Positions 11,048-25,481 are shown, counted from the first letter of the stretch. The stretch: 64,000 nt of DNA from Lepidodermella squamata (GCA_047495785.1 JBLDXI010000023.1:434001-498000); one strand, 5' to 3'. Translations and numbers: made by a program. The notes: generated by a model from the letters alone, not told the origin.

Positions 11048-14000
11048 ATGTTGATATATTTGATTCTTCTGGACATTTTTCTCGCGAGTGAGAAAGTTGA
11101 GGCAATCGACTATAACTGTGTAAGAATGCCAGAAATTTTTCAATTTTCTACAATTAAAGATTATGTAGGTTTTCAACCAAGCAATCATGTCAGGCCAATT
11201 TTCCGTTGTTCAGCAAATGCTGAATTCCGGTTTAGTCGACGTGAATGCAACATCCGTTTACCTAAGCTATCAAGGTCCGGCTATTGTGAATGCAGTTCGA
11301 ATAAATCAAAGCTATGAAATGGTTGAACTTCTACTGAAAACTGGTGTGAATGTCGAGGCGAGGAACGAAGGCAACGCAGATTCTAAAACGCCTTTCCTCT
11401 GGGCTGTGAGGCTTGGCAGGCTGGATCTCGTGAGGCTTCTCGTCGAAACGTACAACGCTAACACTGATGCTCGAGACTCGAACAACCAGACAGCGTTGAT
11501 GGTTGCCTTCGACGGCTCTCTCACTCAAGACTATCTTTGATTAGTCTACTACTTACTACCATTCGAATCGCCTGATTCCAGAAACAACGATGCTATGAAG
11601 ATTATTTGTTTCGCCCCACTCCTCCCAGCCGTGGCTGCAGCTTTGACTTACAATTTGAGCAATTCGAGAGATACGGCGGATGTCGCACAATTATTGTTCG
11701 AAATGCTTCAAATTCTGCTGGAAAACGATGGCGACGCAAATGCGATTCATCCTCAATTCAGGAAATCCGCTTTAATGCTCGCAGTAGCACAGTCTTGATC
11801 GCGGAAGACGTTGCCGATTTACTCATCGATTTGGGCGCTGATGTTACGGCTGTTGATAATGGTGGGAAAAATGCATTTTTGTGGGCATGTACAGGGTGTT
11901 TCATAAAAAAACCGAACTCCTATAAAAATGTACTGCTGCTGCGCGTTATCGATTTTTTTCGCGAGCGCATTTTTTTCTCCAAAAATGCACCAAAACCGCA
12001 CGGTCACCGCAAATTTTACGCATTTCTCCGAGAGAAAGCCATGCGGTAGCAGCAACAAAATTAGCGGTGTTTCAGGCACATTTTCAGTTACAGTGTGAGT
12101 TTTACACGGTGAAAACAAAATTCCTCCGGTGAATTCGCATATTTTATTACGATCCACATTTTCACCTAAAGTTTATACGAAAATTCCTTAGTGACAAGTT
12201 GTTTGCGGCTTCTCTATTTCCAAAAATTCTATTTTTGCATCAAAATCAGCAAATAAACCGCCATTTTTATTGAACGGATGGCCCCTTTCAAACGCAGCGC
12301 GACGAAGTCCCAATCCTGACCCTTCGCGCTCCGGTATCGAGCCCGACTGGGAAGCGGGTCTGCCTGGATCCCGGATTGTGCTTAATGGAATGAATTCAAA
12401 CAAATACCGCAATAGTGGACAGAGGGGGCACAGGCAAGGGCAGATGTCAATCCGAGTGCGGCGAAGTGAACTATAGGTAGTTAAAAGTGTATTTATGTGC
12501 ACTTCTAGCTCCGCCGAGCTCGGGCATCGGCATGATACTCGAGCGAAAAGAGCGATGATCAGTTCCACACTATGGCCAGATTCGGGGGTTCCACACTAGG
12601 ACAGCCCAAGTACGGCGAGAACCCAACGTTTTCCGCCGCACTCGAGCCGACACCTCGGCTGGCATGTGAGCAGTCTAACGAGATTTGTTCAAATTCGTTG
12701 AATTTACAGTGTCGCATACTGGCATGTTCTAGGGAAACCCGAGCGCGCAGTGGCAAAGCGCCGTTATCCAACCGTACACAAGCCGGCTAAAACGCGAACT
12801 GGCCGAAATCGGGCTTGGGATAGGGTCCCAACACCAAACAGCGCTAAGAGCTTTTCCATCACAGAAAATTGAAGTTGTTCCAATCAAATCCATTCTTTTG
12901 GACGGACAAGCCGCCATTCATGTATAACATGTTGGGAGTGGAAGCTATGACGCGATTGTTATCCGACGACGCTGAATCTAAGATATTATATTTCGAAACT
13001 AGGGATTATCAGAAGTATTAACAACCAATGTAGTGCTAAAACATGCCAACCAAAGACCAAACAAGATGAGGCATAAAAGGCATTTGGTCAGAATTTTTGT
13101 CGGAACGGTTCGGTCAGAACGTGCACGAGTCTACTGTGAGAATTGCGGACGCGCACTTCTTATGCATGAAAAGCAATGGGCGAATGCACCAAAGCAATTG
13201 ATTTCGTTGAGAAAAAGACGAAAGAGCATTTTCTTTAATAAGCACAATAGCAGCATATCGCGTTGTTGTCGGTCAGTAGTAACAAATTTTCGGCCGATCA
13301 CTCGTGTCTCATCAGCGGCGAATTATTACGCCGCATATGCCCAGTGCACGCGAATCCGCATGGAGATACATTGCTCTCTTTGTGGTATAGTTTTGGCAGA
13401 TGTCCGTACTCAAGATGTAAAATGAAATTGTCCGCAGAGTTTTGTCGTCAAGTTTTTGCTGACAGTTTTTTGTTTGAGCGAAGGGTTTACTATAAGTAGG
13501 GCCTTCCCCAGGTCATACGTTGATCATATATTTACCACGGGTAACTAAAGTAGATCTCATTGACCGCTAATAACACGGCGTCCATGCGTGACATCCGTCA
13601 CTCTGAGCGAATACTTGACACTGAGTCATGGAAGAATGCCAGTCGAGCTATGCTGATTTCTGTCAAATCTACCATAGCCTTTACCAAGCACGGCAGCGTA
13701 TCGGCAGCGGCATTGTGTTCTTCTCCCCTTCCGGTTTCTCGATAGAGTGTGTGCCGGCCATGATGCCTCAAAGGTTGTAGCCGAGCCTTCTCAGAGAGAT
13801 ATCCTGTGTTCGATCCCACGATTTTTGATCAGCCCGACTTGTTAAAGCACTTTAAACACGAGATGTGGATGTATTGCCGCAATTGCACGTTCAAGTTAGC
13901 GATTGTGCGCGTTCAAGTTCCTCGGTGACTTTTGCACGGCGCATGCGCATAGCGAGATAAGTAAGATCTCAGTTGACAATAATTCAAGAGCGACGCAGGT

Positions 14001-15072
14001 TTGGACGGAGTTTACAAGTTATTTCAAAAGAGAGAATCAGAGACAATCAATATTCGGCCGTTACCCTTATTTCTTCCCTAGTCGAATATTTCACTGTCGT
14101 TTTGCCGTTGATCCACTTTCAGTTTGCCTGAAAAGTCCTGAAAACCTAAGAAACCACACACTCCGAGGTTAAACGCCACGAGGGAACTGCAGATAACGTT
14201 ATTTTTCCACGGTGAAACTTGTTCAATTTCCTATAGCAACATTTGCTCAAATTTTCAAAACGTTTCACCGTCGTTTCACTGTTGATCTACTCGCAGTTTA
14301 CCTTAAAACTGCTAAAAATATAGGAAATCGCACACTTAAACCCACGCCAAAGCTAAATTGAAGAATGCACGGCAATAGTTTTGAAAGCAAAGTTAGTCTT
14401 TATCATCGAGGATAATTTAGGTTAAATTTCACAGAAATTGACCGCAGGTTAGCCGTGAATTCACACCGTAAAATGCCACGTTTTCACCGTAGAAATACCG
14501 CATTCCTGCCGCTTTTTTCTCCATGCGACACAGCAAAAAATAACATGGCGCATGGAAAATCGATAACGGCAGTACTTTTTCTATATTATCTATGCATGCT
14601 AATATAAGGCTCATCTCGTACGGTTTTTTATGAAACACCCTGTAGTACCTTTGACGGACGTCTACTGCTCGCCAGAAGATTTGCGAACATCACAGGAGTG
14701 GACGTCAATTCTCAGGACGAAAAGAATGAAACGTGCCTCACCCTTGTTCCTGGTGTTATCCTCTTCGACGCGTTGGAGGAACTAGTCCAAAGAGGCTACG
14801 ATATCAACCGGAAACTGCGTGGGGGAGATACTGTTTTGCACATCCTCGCAGCTCGGGATACTGAAAATAATATTCGCGAGTTGATTGAAGTTGGATCCAA
14901 TGTTAATGCACTCAACGACGATGGCTTTAACCCGCTCGATCTGGCAATGCGTGCAAACAATTTGCTCTCTGTAGATTTGCTGAGAATAGCTGGGGCTGTT
15001 ACTTCTGGAGCCGGGACCGTTGCTTTCGACAACACAGGTCAGATCCATCATGACACTGCATGGCAAAAATGA
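11048..15072 (+). pseudogene. Ankyrin-array copy 3, pseudogene
   Basis: Exon 1 is 11048-11119 and exon 2 starts at 11169. Premature TGA at 11538-11540 where paralogs have CGA (DYLR). A large deletion near 11592 fuses module A to module B, and a second deletion lies near 11795. A 2.75-kb TA-flanked insertion occupies 11892-14642. The 3' remnant is 14645-15072. Confidence 0.88.
11892..14642. mobile_element. Non-autonomous Tc1/mariner-like DNA transposon (2751 bp) inserted in ANK copy 3
   Basis: TIRs CAGGGTGTTTCATAAAAAA(A)CCG at both ends. TA duplicated at 11890-91 and 14643-44. Excision restores the frame (..WAC-STFDGRLLLARRF..). No DDE transposase ORF seen. Confidence 0.9.
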
Positions 15073-15569
15073 TGAATATGCTTATGATTCTTGATGATAA
15101 AGGCCTAGACTATTCAAATTAATTGCCGATTATCGGACATCTTATGAATGCGCGTTATTCTTCTTTTCAGTGAACCGTAGTAAAAACATATTAATAAAAA
15201 ATAGCTTTCGGCTCTCATATACTGTATTGATCCACTCATCAAATCGTTTCATATTTTAATTAAATGCTCACGCTCTGGTTTTAGGAAATTCATCGAAATT
15301 CTTGTCATGACATCAATCGAAAATTACGTAGGTGAGACAATCGTCCTATCCGCCCAGATTATTCGAGCGCCCTGATTGCTGTGTCAGGTGCCTTCAGCTT
15401 TGGAATTTTAGATTCTAAATTACTCATCTGCAGATGAAAAAATCTAGCTGGCATGCCTGTCTAATGACGAAAACTCACAACAATGGCGTGTCAAAATTGC
15501 GTTGGAATTGCTTGATAATATTTACAAAAAACATTTGAGAATATCATGTAAATTCAAGTTGAAACAACT

Positions 15570-18121
15570 ATGCTCTTCTATTTGATTCTTCTGGAAATTT
15601 GTCGCGTAAGTGCGACAGTAATTGGAGATATCGACTATGACAGCGTAAGAACCCTAAATGATGTTCGTTTTTGACGAATCGTGATTGATTATTCAAGGCT
15701 TTCAACCGAGCTATTGTAAATGGCCAATTTTCAACCGTTCGACAGCTGTTGGAGTCCGGCGTAGTTAACATAACATCAACATCCTATTACCGCCCAAAAT
15801 ACAAAGCCTCGGCTATCGTAAATGCGGTTCGACGTAATCAAAGCTACGAAATGGTCGAATTCCTACTGGAAAATGGCGCAAATGTTGAGGAGAGGAACTG
15901 GGATGTCGAAAATAAATACAGTTATGGAAGTGATTATGCGAAAACGCCATTTCTGTGGGCTGCGAGACGTGGCAGGCTGGATCTCGTGAGACTTCTCGTC
16001 GAAAGGTTCAACGCTAAAACTGATGCTCGAGACTCGAACAACCAGACGGCGTTGATGGTCGCCTTTGACGGGCGAGTTACTCAAGACTATCTTCGATTAG
16101 TCTACTACTTACTGCCATTCGAATCGCCTGATTCCAGAAACAACAATGGACAAACTGCCCTTCATATGCTTTGCCTAGTGAAAACTACTGATCCAGTACC
16201 TTTTGCGAAATTGCTGGTGGAACTGTTGAAAATAGATGTAAATGCGACTGATAACAAAGGCACCACCCCGTTGATTGTTGCAGCAAGAACAACCTACTCC
16301 TTCCCCCTGATTCAGTACTTGATCGATCAAGGAGCTAATGTCAATGCGACCAATGACAAGGGCGAGACTGCTTTGGACATGCTGTGGCAAGATACCATTA
16401 GCCAGGAAATGTTAAGAAAACAAGGTGCTGCTTATGGCCGTGAGTTAACATGGACCGAGCGCGCGACTCGGACATCAGCTACGACAAAAACGCCTAGCAA
16501 TATTAGGCCATTGACGCCTAGCGATGAGACAATCGGCGTTGGTTTGCAGCCGATTGTTGGAGCTGTTTTCAAGACGAGATCAACTGCGGCAATGAGGTCC
16601 ACTACTACACGCTTTAGACCAGAGCGCGAAAAGCCGGCGGCATTGGAAAGATCGCAAAATCGGCTCAACTCGGTGGGTTTTTGCTTTTCAGAGCTGCCAG
16701 TTGCTCTAAGAATTGCATACTATGTTTGCATTTGTCCACAGAAATTCTTTGGTTACATAAATGCTGCAAACGTCACTGCTGTTCGCGAAATGATTCGACT
16801 CAATCAAGCCCGCGGTGATGCTCTTCTAATGGAACAGCATGACGACTACGTGGATTGCATGAATTTGCGTTACGTAGAGCCCATCCCGGCAGTTGCCTTT
16901 GCACTAAGTGTCACAGGCTCTACGCTGGAAATGATGAATTACGAGAAAGCAATATTTGAAATGCTTCAAGTTCTACTCGAAAACGATGGCGACGCGAATG
17001 CGGTTGACCCTAGGTTCGACAAATCCGCGTTATTGCTCGCAGTAGAAAGAGATCGCCTTGATCTGGTTGAATTGCTCGTCCAATATGGAGCAGATGTTGA
17101 CTGGGAATCCAATGGTAGGACGGCTATTGTCGATGCTGCGTCCAAGAATCTTGGAATCGTGAAATTCCTCTTTTCACAAGGAGCTTCTAAAAACCTGGAT
17201 CAACTCATTTTCGAGGCTTTTCAGGTCTCCTCAATCCCTGCTCTTCCGTTGGTGAAGTTCGCAATTGAGGAAGCTGGAAATTCTGTTTCTGACACGGATG
17301 CTGAAGGTAGCACTCCACTTGGAGTTGCGGCAATGTACTTGAGATCGCCAGATCGCGTTCAAGTCTATGAATATCTGGTCTCAAAAGGGGCCGACGTTAC
17401 TACCAGGTTTAACTCGGCCAGATACGGATACAAAAACTATACATTGCTACAACAAGCCGCGCGTATCAATGATTTGCAAGTTGCAAGATTTCTCATTAAC
17501 ACGGGCGGTGTCGGCCTCGAAGACCGAGAATCCACTGGAAAAACTTCATTCTTGATTGCAGCTGCAAACGGTGCGGATGACGTCGTCAATCTTCTCATTG
17601 ACTCGGGCGCAAATGTTACGGCTACTGACAATGATGGAAATAACGCTTTCTTGTTGGCTTGTGGTTGTTACGACTCGAGTTTAAGGCTCGCCAGAAAATT
17701 TGCAAACTTCACAGAAGTCGACGTCAATTCACAGAACAAAAACAACGACACGTGTCTAACTCGAATTCATTCTGACTACGAATTCAACGATTTTGCAATG
17801 TTTCTCGTGCATAAGGGGTACGATATCAACCGGAAACTGCGTGGAGGGAACACTGTACTGCATATTTTCGCAGATCGTTGGTACCCAAACAATGTTAAGG
17901 AGCTGATTGAAGCTGGAGCTGATGTTAATGCACTGAATGACGATGGCCATACCCCGCTTGATTTGGCGCTCATACGCGACAATACTCAGGCTATTTCCGC
18001 ACTAAGAGACGCTGGAGCGGTTACAGCGAAACCGACCAAGTCTCTTCAGACGACTGTCACGGCAGCTGCCGGCACTGCCGGAAGTTTCCTTCTCGGAAGC
18101 TGGCCAGGATGGAGAAATTAA
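15570..18121 (+). CDS. Secreted ankyrin-repeat protein, array copy 4 (about 809 aa; internal deletion in module A)
   Basis: Exons 15570-15644 (MLFYLILLEICRVSATVIGDIDYDS), 15698-16672 and 16742-18121. Intron 2 (16673-16741) is 69 nt, in frame and stop-free, so the ORF track reads A+B as one 790-aa ORF. Module A jumps from LIDQGA to NVNATNDKGETALD. Confidence 0.85.
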
Positions 18122-19223
18122 TTACTGGCATTCAACTGGCAATCTTCCTTCAGGATCCGATAGCCGTTATGCGTATGGCGTAAACCATATCATATCATCA
18201 AACAGAAACCATAAGATTATATTTCCCATGTTCATCAATTATGTCAGCTCAAATGCGCTGATTACTGATAATTGTCCTTAACAGTAAATAAACTCAATAG
18301 CGGAATTCATTGTTCGACATCGTTGAAATTGAGGAACCCCAAATTGCAGGCAAGACGATCATAATTGACCGAGTGACCGATTGACCGAGTAAGCCAGTGA
18401 AAATGATGAAAAGAAAAGTTTTAGTTGAAAGAACAACTTGGTGTATATTTTGTCTGCTTTTAACTTGACAAATCCGGATTATAACGTCAGTTTTAGTTCC
18501 ACGTTCCACCTATGATATAATGATATAGGGTCTACATTGTGTACAGAATTTTCCGAGAATCTAATGACCTATTCAGTATCTTTCGCGAACAATATGTTCA
18601 ACAACGGCATCGAATTTCCAAGTTTGAAACCACATACGCTTGCTCCAATGTAATATGGCTTTTCGATTATGAATTCGACGGAGCGTTCTATTCGAAGTCA
18701 TTTTTGTTTGGCAATTCAAAATCGCTGTCTTTTCGGTTTTATCTCTTTTATTGGAAGAGAAGAACATTGCTCGAACGACGCGCAAAACTATCTACCCACT
18801 TTCCGCTGTATCAGTCCGCAAAAACTCAGATTTTCTACTTTCATCTTAAACACTAGCTCTAATTTGGAGTAGCGAATTTACAAGGAGCAAAACGTCTGAC
18901 ATTGTAGGTTCACTAGAATCTTCATTGCCAAATTAATATTCATAGCCGAAAAAATCCTTATATCCTTGTAAGAACAGGGTAAGGGGTAAGAACAGTGTGT
19001 CGACATAAACATGATGCCAGGTTGCATATAATAGCGTAACGTGAGTTGAAAGAATTACAGAAGAAAACATTCCACGGGCTGAAAAAATCCTAATTGACGT
19101 AACCACGCACGAAAATGCCGCATCATTTTTTCCTTCTTTGTTGCTTAACGATACTTGAAAGATTTTACAGTCAGTTTTACGCCGAGAGGATTCAAGTAAT
19201 TTTAGAAATTGGAGTTGTGGAAT

Positions 19224-22200
19224 ATGAGATCCTTTAATTTAATATTTCTCGAGATATTTTTGACTGGTGTGGTTATTGATGCCAGGCAGATCGACTACGA
19301 AAGCGTATGAACTTGGTATCATTTCTCGAATATACAAGTCAAGTCTTTCCTTCAGGTTTTCTACAAAGCAATTGATACCGGTCAAATGGCAACGGTTCGG
19401 CGAATGCTGAATTCCGGCCTGGTTAATGCTAATTCCTCGAGCAATATACCGGGAATATTACCGGAATTGGGCTACAGAATCCCTCATATTGTGACTGCTG
19501 TTCGATCAAATCAAAGCTACGAAATGGTCGAATTCCTGCTGAAAAACGGCGCTAATGTCGAGGCGACGACTGCGCCAGTTGATAACAGAACGCCTTTTCT
19601 CTGTGCCGCAAGAGTAGGCAGGCTGGATCTAGCGAGACTCCTCGTTGAAAATTATAAAGCTGAAACAGATGTTCAAGACACGAAAAATCAAACGGCGCTG
19701 ATGGTAGCATTTGACGGCCCAATCACTCAAGACTATCTTCGATTAGTCTACTACTTGCTACCATTCGAATCACCTGATTCAAGAGATAGATACGGAAAAA
19801 CCGCTCTTCATTTTCTTTGTGGAGTAACAACAAGTGATCCGGTCCCATTTGCTAAATTGCTGGTGGAACAGTTCAAAATGGATGTGAATGCGAGAGATAA
19901 CAACGGCAATACCCCCTTGCTACTTGCGGCCAGAACTGGATATTCCATCGCTCTACTTCAGTACTTGATCAACCAAGGAGCTGATCCGCAGGCAAGGAAC
20001 AACGCCAGCGAAAACATGTTGCTTCAAGCTTGTCAGATCGATAGTTCTGAGTTTGTTCACTTGACCTTCATCAAGTTCGCCATTGAGGCAGGCGGCAATG
20101 ACATAAATTCGAGATCCGGAATGGCACCTTGCGCCCATTATCTCATATGGATGTTAGAAGTTTCTGAGTGGGATCTTGTCGAAATTATACGATACTTGGC
20201 TAGCAAAAGCTATGATTTCAACGTTAAAGATGGAGATCCGGGCAATACCGCTCTAATGGCAGCTGCATATTCGAACTATCGGATGCCAGCGCTTTTAGCC
20301 TTACTCGATTTAGGTGTTGATGTAAATGCGACAAACAAAAGGGGCCATACTGCTTTGGACATTGTGTTGGACCTTGATCACTGGAGAATGCTGCGAAACA
20401 TCAAAGACGATAAAATTAAAATCGGGAATTTGATAAGGCGAGGTGCTGCTTATGGCAGAGAATTACACCCCGGATCATCGACTAGGAGCGTGACTCCGAC
20501 ATCAACGAGTCGCCCTTCGACGAAAGCGGAGATTGTTACTTCAAGGAAAATATGGCCACTGACGCCTAACGACGAGGCAATCGAGGCTGGTTTGCAGCCG
20601 ATTGTTGGAGCCATTTTCAAGGCAAGGTTGACTGCAGCTACAAAGACCAGTACTACCACACGGTCCATCAAGAAAATTGGACGGAACGAAACTCAAGATG
20701 AGCTAAATTCGGTATTTTTCCGTTTAATTACATTCTTCGATTATAGGAAGCGAATATTGGAAGGCTATGTGACCGTGCATCGGCAAATCCTGGCGAGAGC
20801 TCCGGTAGTCCTCCCGGGAAACGGGTACCTTGACCCTGCCCCTTACCTTTGACATGTATTCGATTTTGACAAGATTTTGAGACTACCCAACAATTTTTAA
20901 AGTTTCTAGCCTAATATCATTATGATTCGAAGAATCCGGTTCAACTCGAACCAGTTCGAAAACTGTGCACATTACGGGGGGAAATGAGGGGTATTGTACA
21001 CATCAGTTCGGCAGGCCAAGGTGGAAAATTCCAGAAAGACCACTGGGGGACCCTTTGGTCATAATATTTGGCCCGAAAATACCCCTTAGTTCGAGAATCC
21101 TACTTCGCGCACTATATGCGCGCACTTCCCTCAGGAGGTCAATCATTCTTTTCTATGGGGGAAAGAATCAAAATTCAAAGCTGTGAAACTTTCGAATTTC
21201 TCTACAATCTAAAAGGTCCAAGATAGGGAAAATGACAATTCAAAAACCTTTGTCAAAATCGTCCATCGTAAAAAATGGGCGAATTTTTAATTTTTCTCCA
21301 AATAAAATTCCTTTGATTATTAAGAAATTCTGAAGTTTCATAGCTTGTCAATATTCTTTCCCCTTTTTGCGATGTGATTGACCTCGAGGAAGCTAAAATC
21401 AATATAAAACGTGAAATTAGAGATTAACATCGTCTCTACTCCAATTCGTTTTTTCAGAGATTTGTTGACTATGTTAAGGCTGGCAACATTACTGCTGTTC
21501 GTGACATGATTCGACTCAATCAGGCCCGCGGCGATGCTCTTCCTATCAATCACCACGAAGACTACGTACAATGCTTTGTATACGCAGAATGGGATGAACC
21601 TATTCCAGCGGTAGCTGCAGCTTTGAGCGTCAAAAACACTTCGGCAGAAATGCTGCAACTTCTACTAGAAAATGATGGCGATGCAAATGCAATCGACCCA
21701 GCGTCCACGAAATCTGCTCTAATGCTTGCCGCCGAACAAGATCGCCTAGATCTTGTTGAGCTACTTGTCCAATATGGGGCAGATGTCGACTTGGAGTTCA
21801 ATGGCAGAACAGCGATGCTCGATGCGGCATCGTCAAGTCTTGAAATCGTGAAATTCCTAATTTCGCAAGGAGCTTCTAAAAACTTGGATCGAATCATTTT
21901 CGTGGCTTGCCGGATCTCTAGCATTCCTGCTCTACCTATAGTAAAATTCGCTATAGAGAAGGCTGGAAATTCTGTTACTGACAAGGATACCGAAGGAAGG
22001 ACCCCACTTGTAGTTGCAGCCATGTATCTGAAATCGTCAGATCGCGCTCAAGTCTACGAATATCTGCTATCGAAAGGGGCTGACGTCAAAGTCAGGATGA
22101 ATTCCGCCGGATACCGAAATTATACACTGCTTCATCTAGCTGCAAGTATCGGTAACGTTGACTTGGCGAGATTCCTTATCAAAACAGCCGGTGTCGGTCT

Positions 22201-22786
22201 TGAGGACCGCGAATCAACTGGGAAGACTCCGCTGATGATCGCAGCTTCCAGTACAAATGGCCAAAATATCGTCGATATTCTCGTCAATTCTGGCGCGGAT
22301 GTAAGGGCAGTTGATAAAGATGGCAACAGCGCCTTTTTGTTGGCTTGTAAAAACGCCGACAAGAATTTGACGCAGGCCAGACGATTGGCTAACGTCACAC
22401 GAGTGAACGTAAATTCACGCAACAAAAACAACATGTGCCTCACCGTAATTCCGAATATTTATGTGTTCAACGGCTTTGCAAAACTTCTCGTTCAAAAAGG
22501 TTACGCTATCAATCGAAAACTGCTTAGGGGAGATACCATATTACATATCGTCGTAGCTGCCCAGAACTCCGCGAACAATACTCAAGAATTGATTGAGGCT
22601 GGATCTAACATTGATGAACCAAATGAAGATGGTTATAGCCCCCTTGATATGGCGCTGCTTTTCCAAAATTCTCGTGCTGCAGATGTGCTGAGAAAGGCTG
22701 GAGCTGTTACAGCTAAACCATCTGCTTCCATCACGTTGGTCACCAGGAAAATTAACGACTTTGATTATAATCCCGACAGGAAGTAA
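19224..22786 (+). CDS. Secreted ankyrin-repeat protein, array copy 5 (about 921 aa)
   Basis: Exons 19224-19304 (MRSFNLIFLEIFLTGVVIDARQIDYES), 19356-20711 and 21458-22786. GT-AG phase-0 introns. Confidence 0.86.
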
Positions 22787-22796
22787 AACCTCCAGC

Positions 22797-22842
22797 CATA
22801 GAGAACAGAAGTACATTCTCTATAGTACTTCTGTTCTCTATG
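22797..22842. repeat. 46-bp mini-palindrome with CATAG...CTATG ends, 10 bp after the copy 5 stop
   Basis: CATAGAGAACAGAAGTAC - 10 nt - GTACTTCTGTTCTCTATG. Confidence 0.75.
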
Positions 22843-25481
22843 TACTTCTGTATACAATATCTTGGAGCTTTGTAGCGCATAGCCGAAAATATTCGCCTGA
22901 TGGCCAGCTGTGGAGACCTTCGACTGCGCCACAGGTCGGAATAGCGGCCTGAACCTATCTGGGTTCAACCTTCTTAATTGCATCGCAATTACGGAATAAT
23001 AAAATTTAGGGGGTCGCGGGATTTCGTCACCTCTGTATTTTCGTGACTTTTGATTCCTTGCTCAAATAAATGGATAATAAGAGATCGATTTCGCAATTAT
23101 AAAAATTCTTAAATTTTGCGAAAATCCTCCTTAAAAGAATTTCGCAACGAATCGCGTCACTGCAACAGTTCCAAACTACCCTGTATTCTGTATTGTAGCT
23201 CTATAGAATACCTGGAAAATTCAGAAATAAAAAATATCGATATGTTGAGGTATTTCTCATGATTGATTGATTTTTCAAGGTCATTACAGGGTGTCCCAGA
23301 ATTAGCGCAACTAAAGTATGCGTAATATTTTTTTTGCATCGCATTTTTTCAGTAACTTTTTAACCATGAGGAATGTTTTAAAGTGGTTTTCACCAGTCGA
23401 TAGATCTAGTCTGCGGTAAACTTTCCTCAAATTTTCATTTGAATTGGGTGCGAAAGAAAAAATTGGTGACGAAAATTCTGTCCGCGATTTTTATTGAATA
23501 CCAAAGTTTTATCAAAGTTTGTTCCAATAATTCTACCTAATTCTCCGGATATATTTTAAGGCAGCACAGTGGATTTGTGCTAACTGGCATGCTATCAGCC
23601 GCAATAGCATGGAACTTCTGCATTTCATTAATTCTGAATTAAGTGCAGTTAAGCTCGGTGCGTCCGTCGGCCTCTACTTCACTTTTCGGTAGTACCGTGA
23701 AGTTCACTTTGATCTCCAAAATCATCTTGCAGCCTTCAGTTGTTTCATGAATGAGGTTAACTGCGCGATATTTTGCCTCGGTAAAGTGGATTTGACGCAT
23801 AACTGGGTGTTCATAAAAACATGATGCCTGCTCGTATACAATGGTGAAATGTGGGTTGTAATATCTCAGAAAAACATTCCTCAAGCTGTGATATATCAAA
23901 TATGGCATACCTATCTACGCACGACAGTGCTGCTTCAGAATCACGTTGTTTATTGCTTAATGATACCTGAAAGGCTTTTTTCTCAATTAAATTTGAATAA
24001 TTCCAAAACTCACCGTGTGGTCGGAGAGTCAGTTTTGTAATCCAATGAATTCCATATTGATTATTTGTTTTCTTGGAATATATTTCGCGTGCTTGATTAT
24101 TGATGCCAGGAAGATTGATTACGACAGCGTATGACCGTTTTACGTTTTATTTTCCAAACAATAATTTACCTATTCAGGCTTTCAATCAAGCAATTGCATC
24201 TGGCCAAATTGCGACAGTTCGGCAATTATTGAATTCCGGCTTGGTTAACGCTAATTCCTCAAAACGTCTCCGCGGGGGCTATACAGGCCCGGCTATCTTA
24301 ACTGCAGTTCAAACAAACCAAAGCTACGAAATGGTTAAATTCTTGCTTGAAAACGGCGCAAATGTCGAGAGCAAAAAAGATTCGAAGACTCCGTTACTCT
24401 GGGCGGCAAGACTTGGCAGGCTGGATCTAGTGAGACTTCTCGTTGAACAGTACAAAGCTAAAACCTCCGCCAAAGACGATGGTGGTCAGACGGCGTTGAT
24501 GGTCGCCTTAAACGGCCCTTTCACCCAGGATTACCTTCGACTTATTTACTACTTGTTACCCTTTCATTCGCCGAATTACAAAAGAAATGACGGACTGACG
24601 GCACTTCATATGATTTGCCGCGTCTCAAAAACTGACCCGGTACCTTTTGCTAAATTGCTGGTGGAGCAGCCAAATATCGATGTTAATGTGAGAGACAGAG
24701 ATGGAAACACGCCTTTGCTCATCGCTGCTCAAACTGGCTATTCCACTGACTTACTCCAGTACTTGATCGACCAAGGAGCTGATCCACTGGCGAGGAACAA
24801 TGAAGGCGAAAATATGTTGATTCGAGCTTGTCAAATCGATAAGGCCGCGTTGACCCATTTAGACTTCATCAAATTTGCGGTCGAAGTAGGCGGAATTGGT
24901 GTAAATTCAAGGTCGAATCTTTCACCATGTGACTATTACCTTCAATGGCCCATCGGCGGCCAGCAGATTGACGACGGGGACCTCATCGAAATCTATCAAT
25001 ACTTGGCTGGCCAAGGCTATGATATCAACGCCAAGTATAGTAACGCTTTGACCGCTCTAATAACAGCAGCGTTGACAAATCGGGAGCAAATGCTGGTGGC
25101 ATTGCTTGATCTGGGTGCTGATGTAAATGCAACGAATAACAACGGTCAGACGGCTTTGGACTATGCGCGCAACAATCAATATGAAATAAACGTCGCGTAT
25201 TTGAGAAAACGAGGTGCCGCCACGGGCCAGGAATTGGCTGCGCGCGTTACTCGATCCACATCCACGGCGGCTGTCACTTCGAGAAGAAATTGGCTATTAA
25301 CGCCCAGCGATGAGGCGATCGACGACGGATTGCAGCGAATTGTTGGAGCTACTTTCCGAACAAGAGCAACTACAGCGACCAAGGCCAGTACTAGTACGCG
25401 GCCCGTAAAGAAAATTGAACGGAACGAAACTCAGGATGAGCTCAACTCGGTTAGTCAGCGTTTATTTCACATCTTCCTGCT

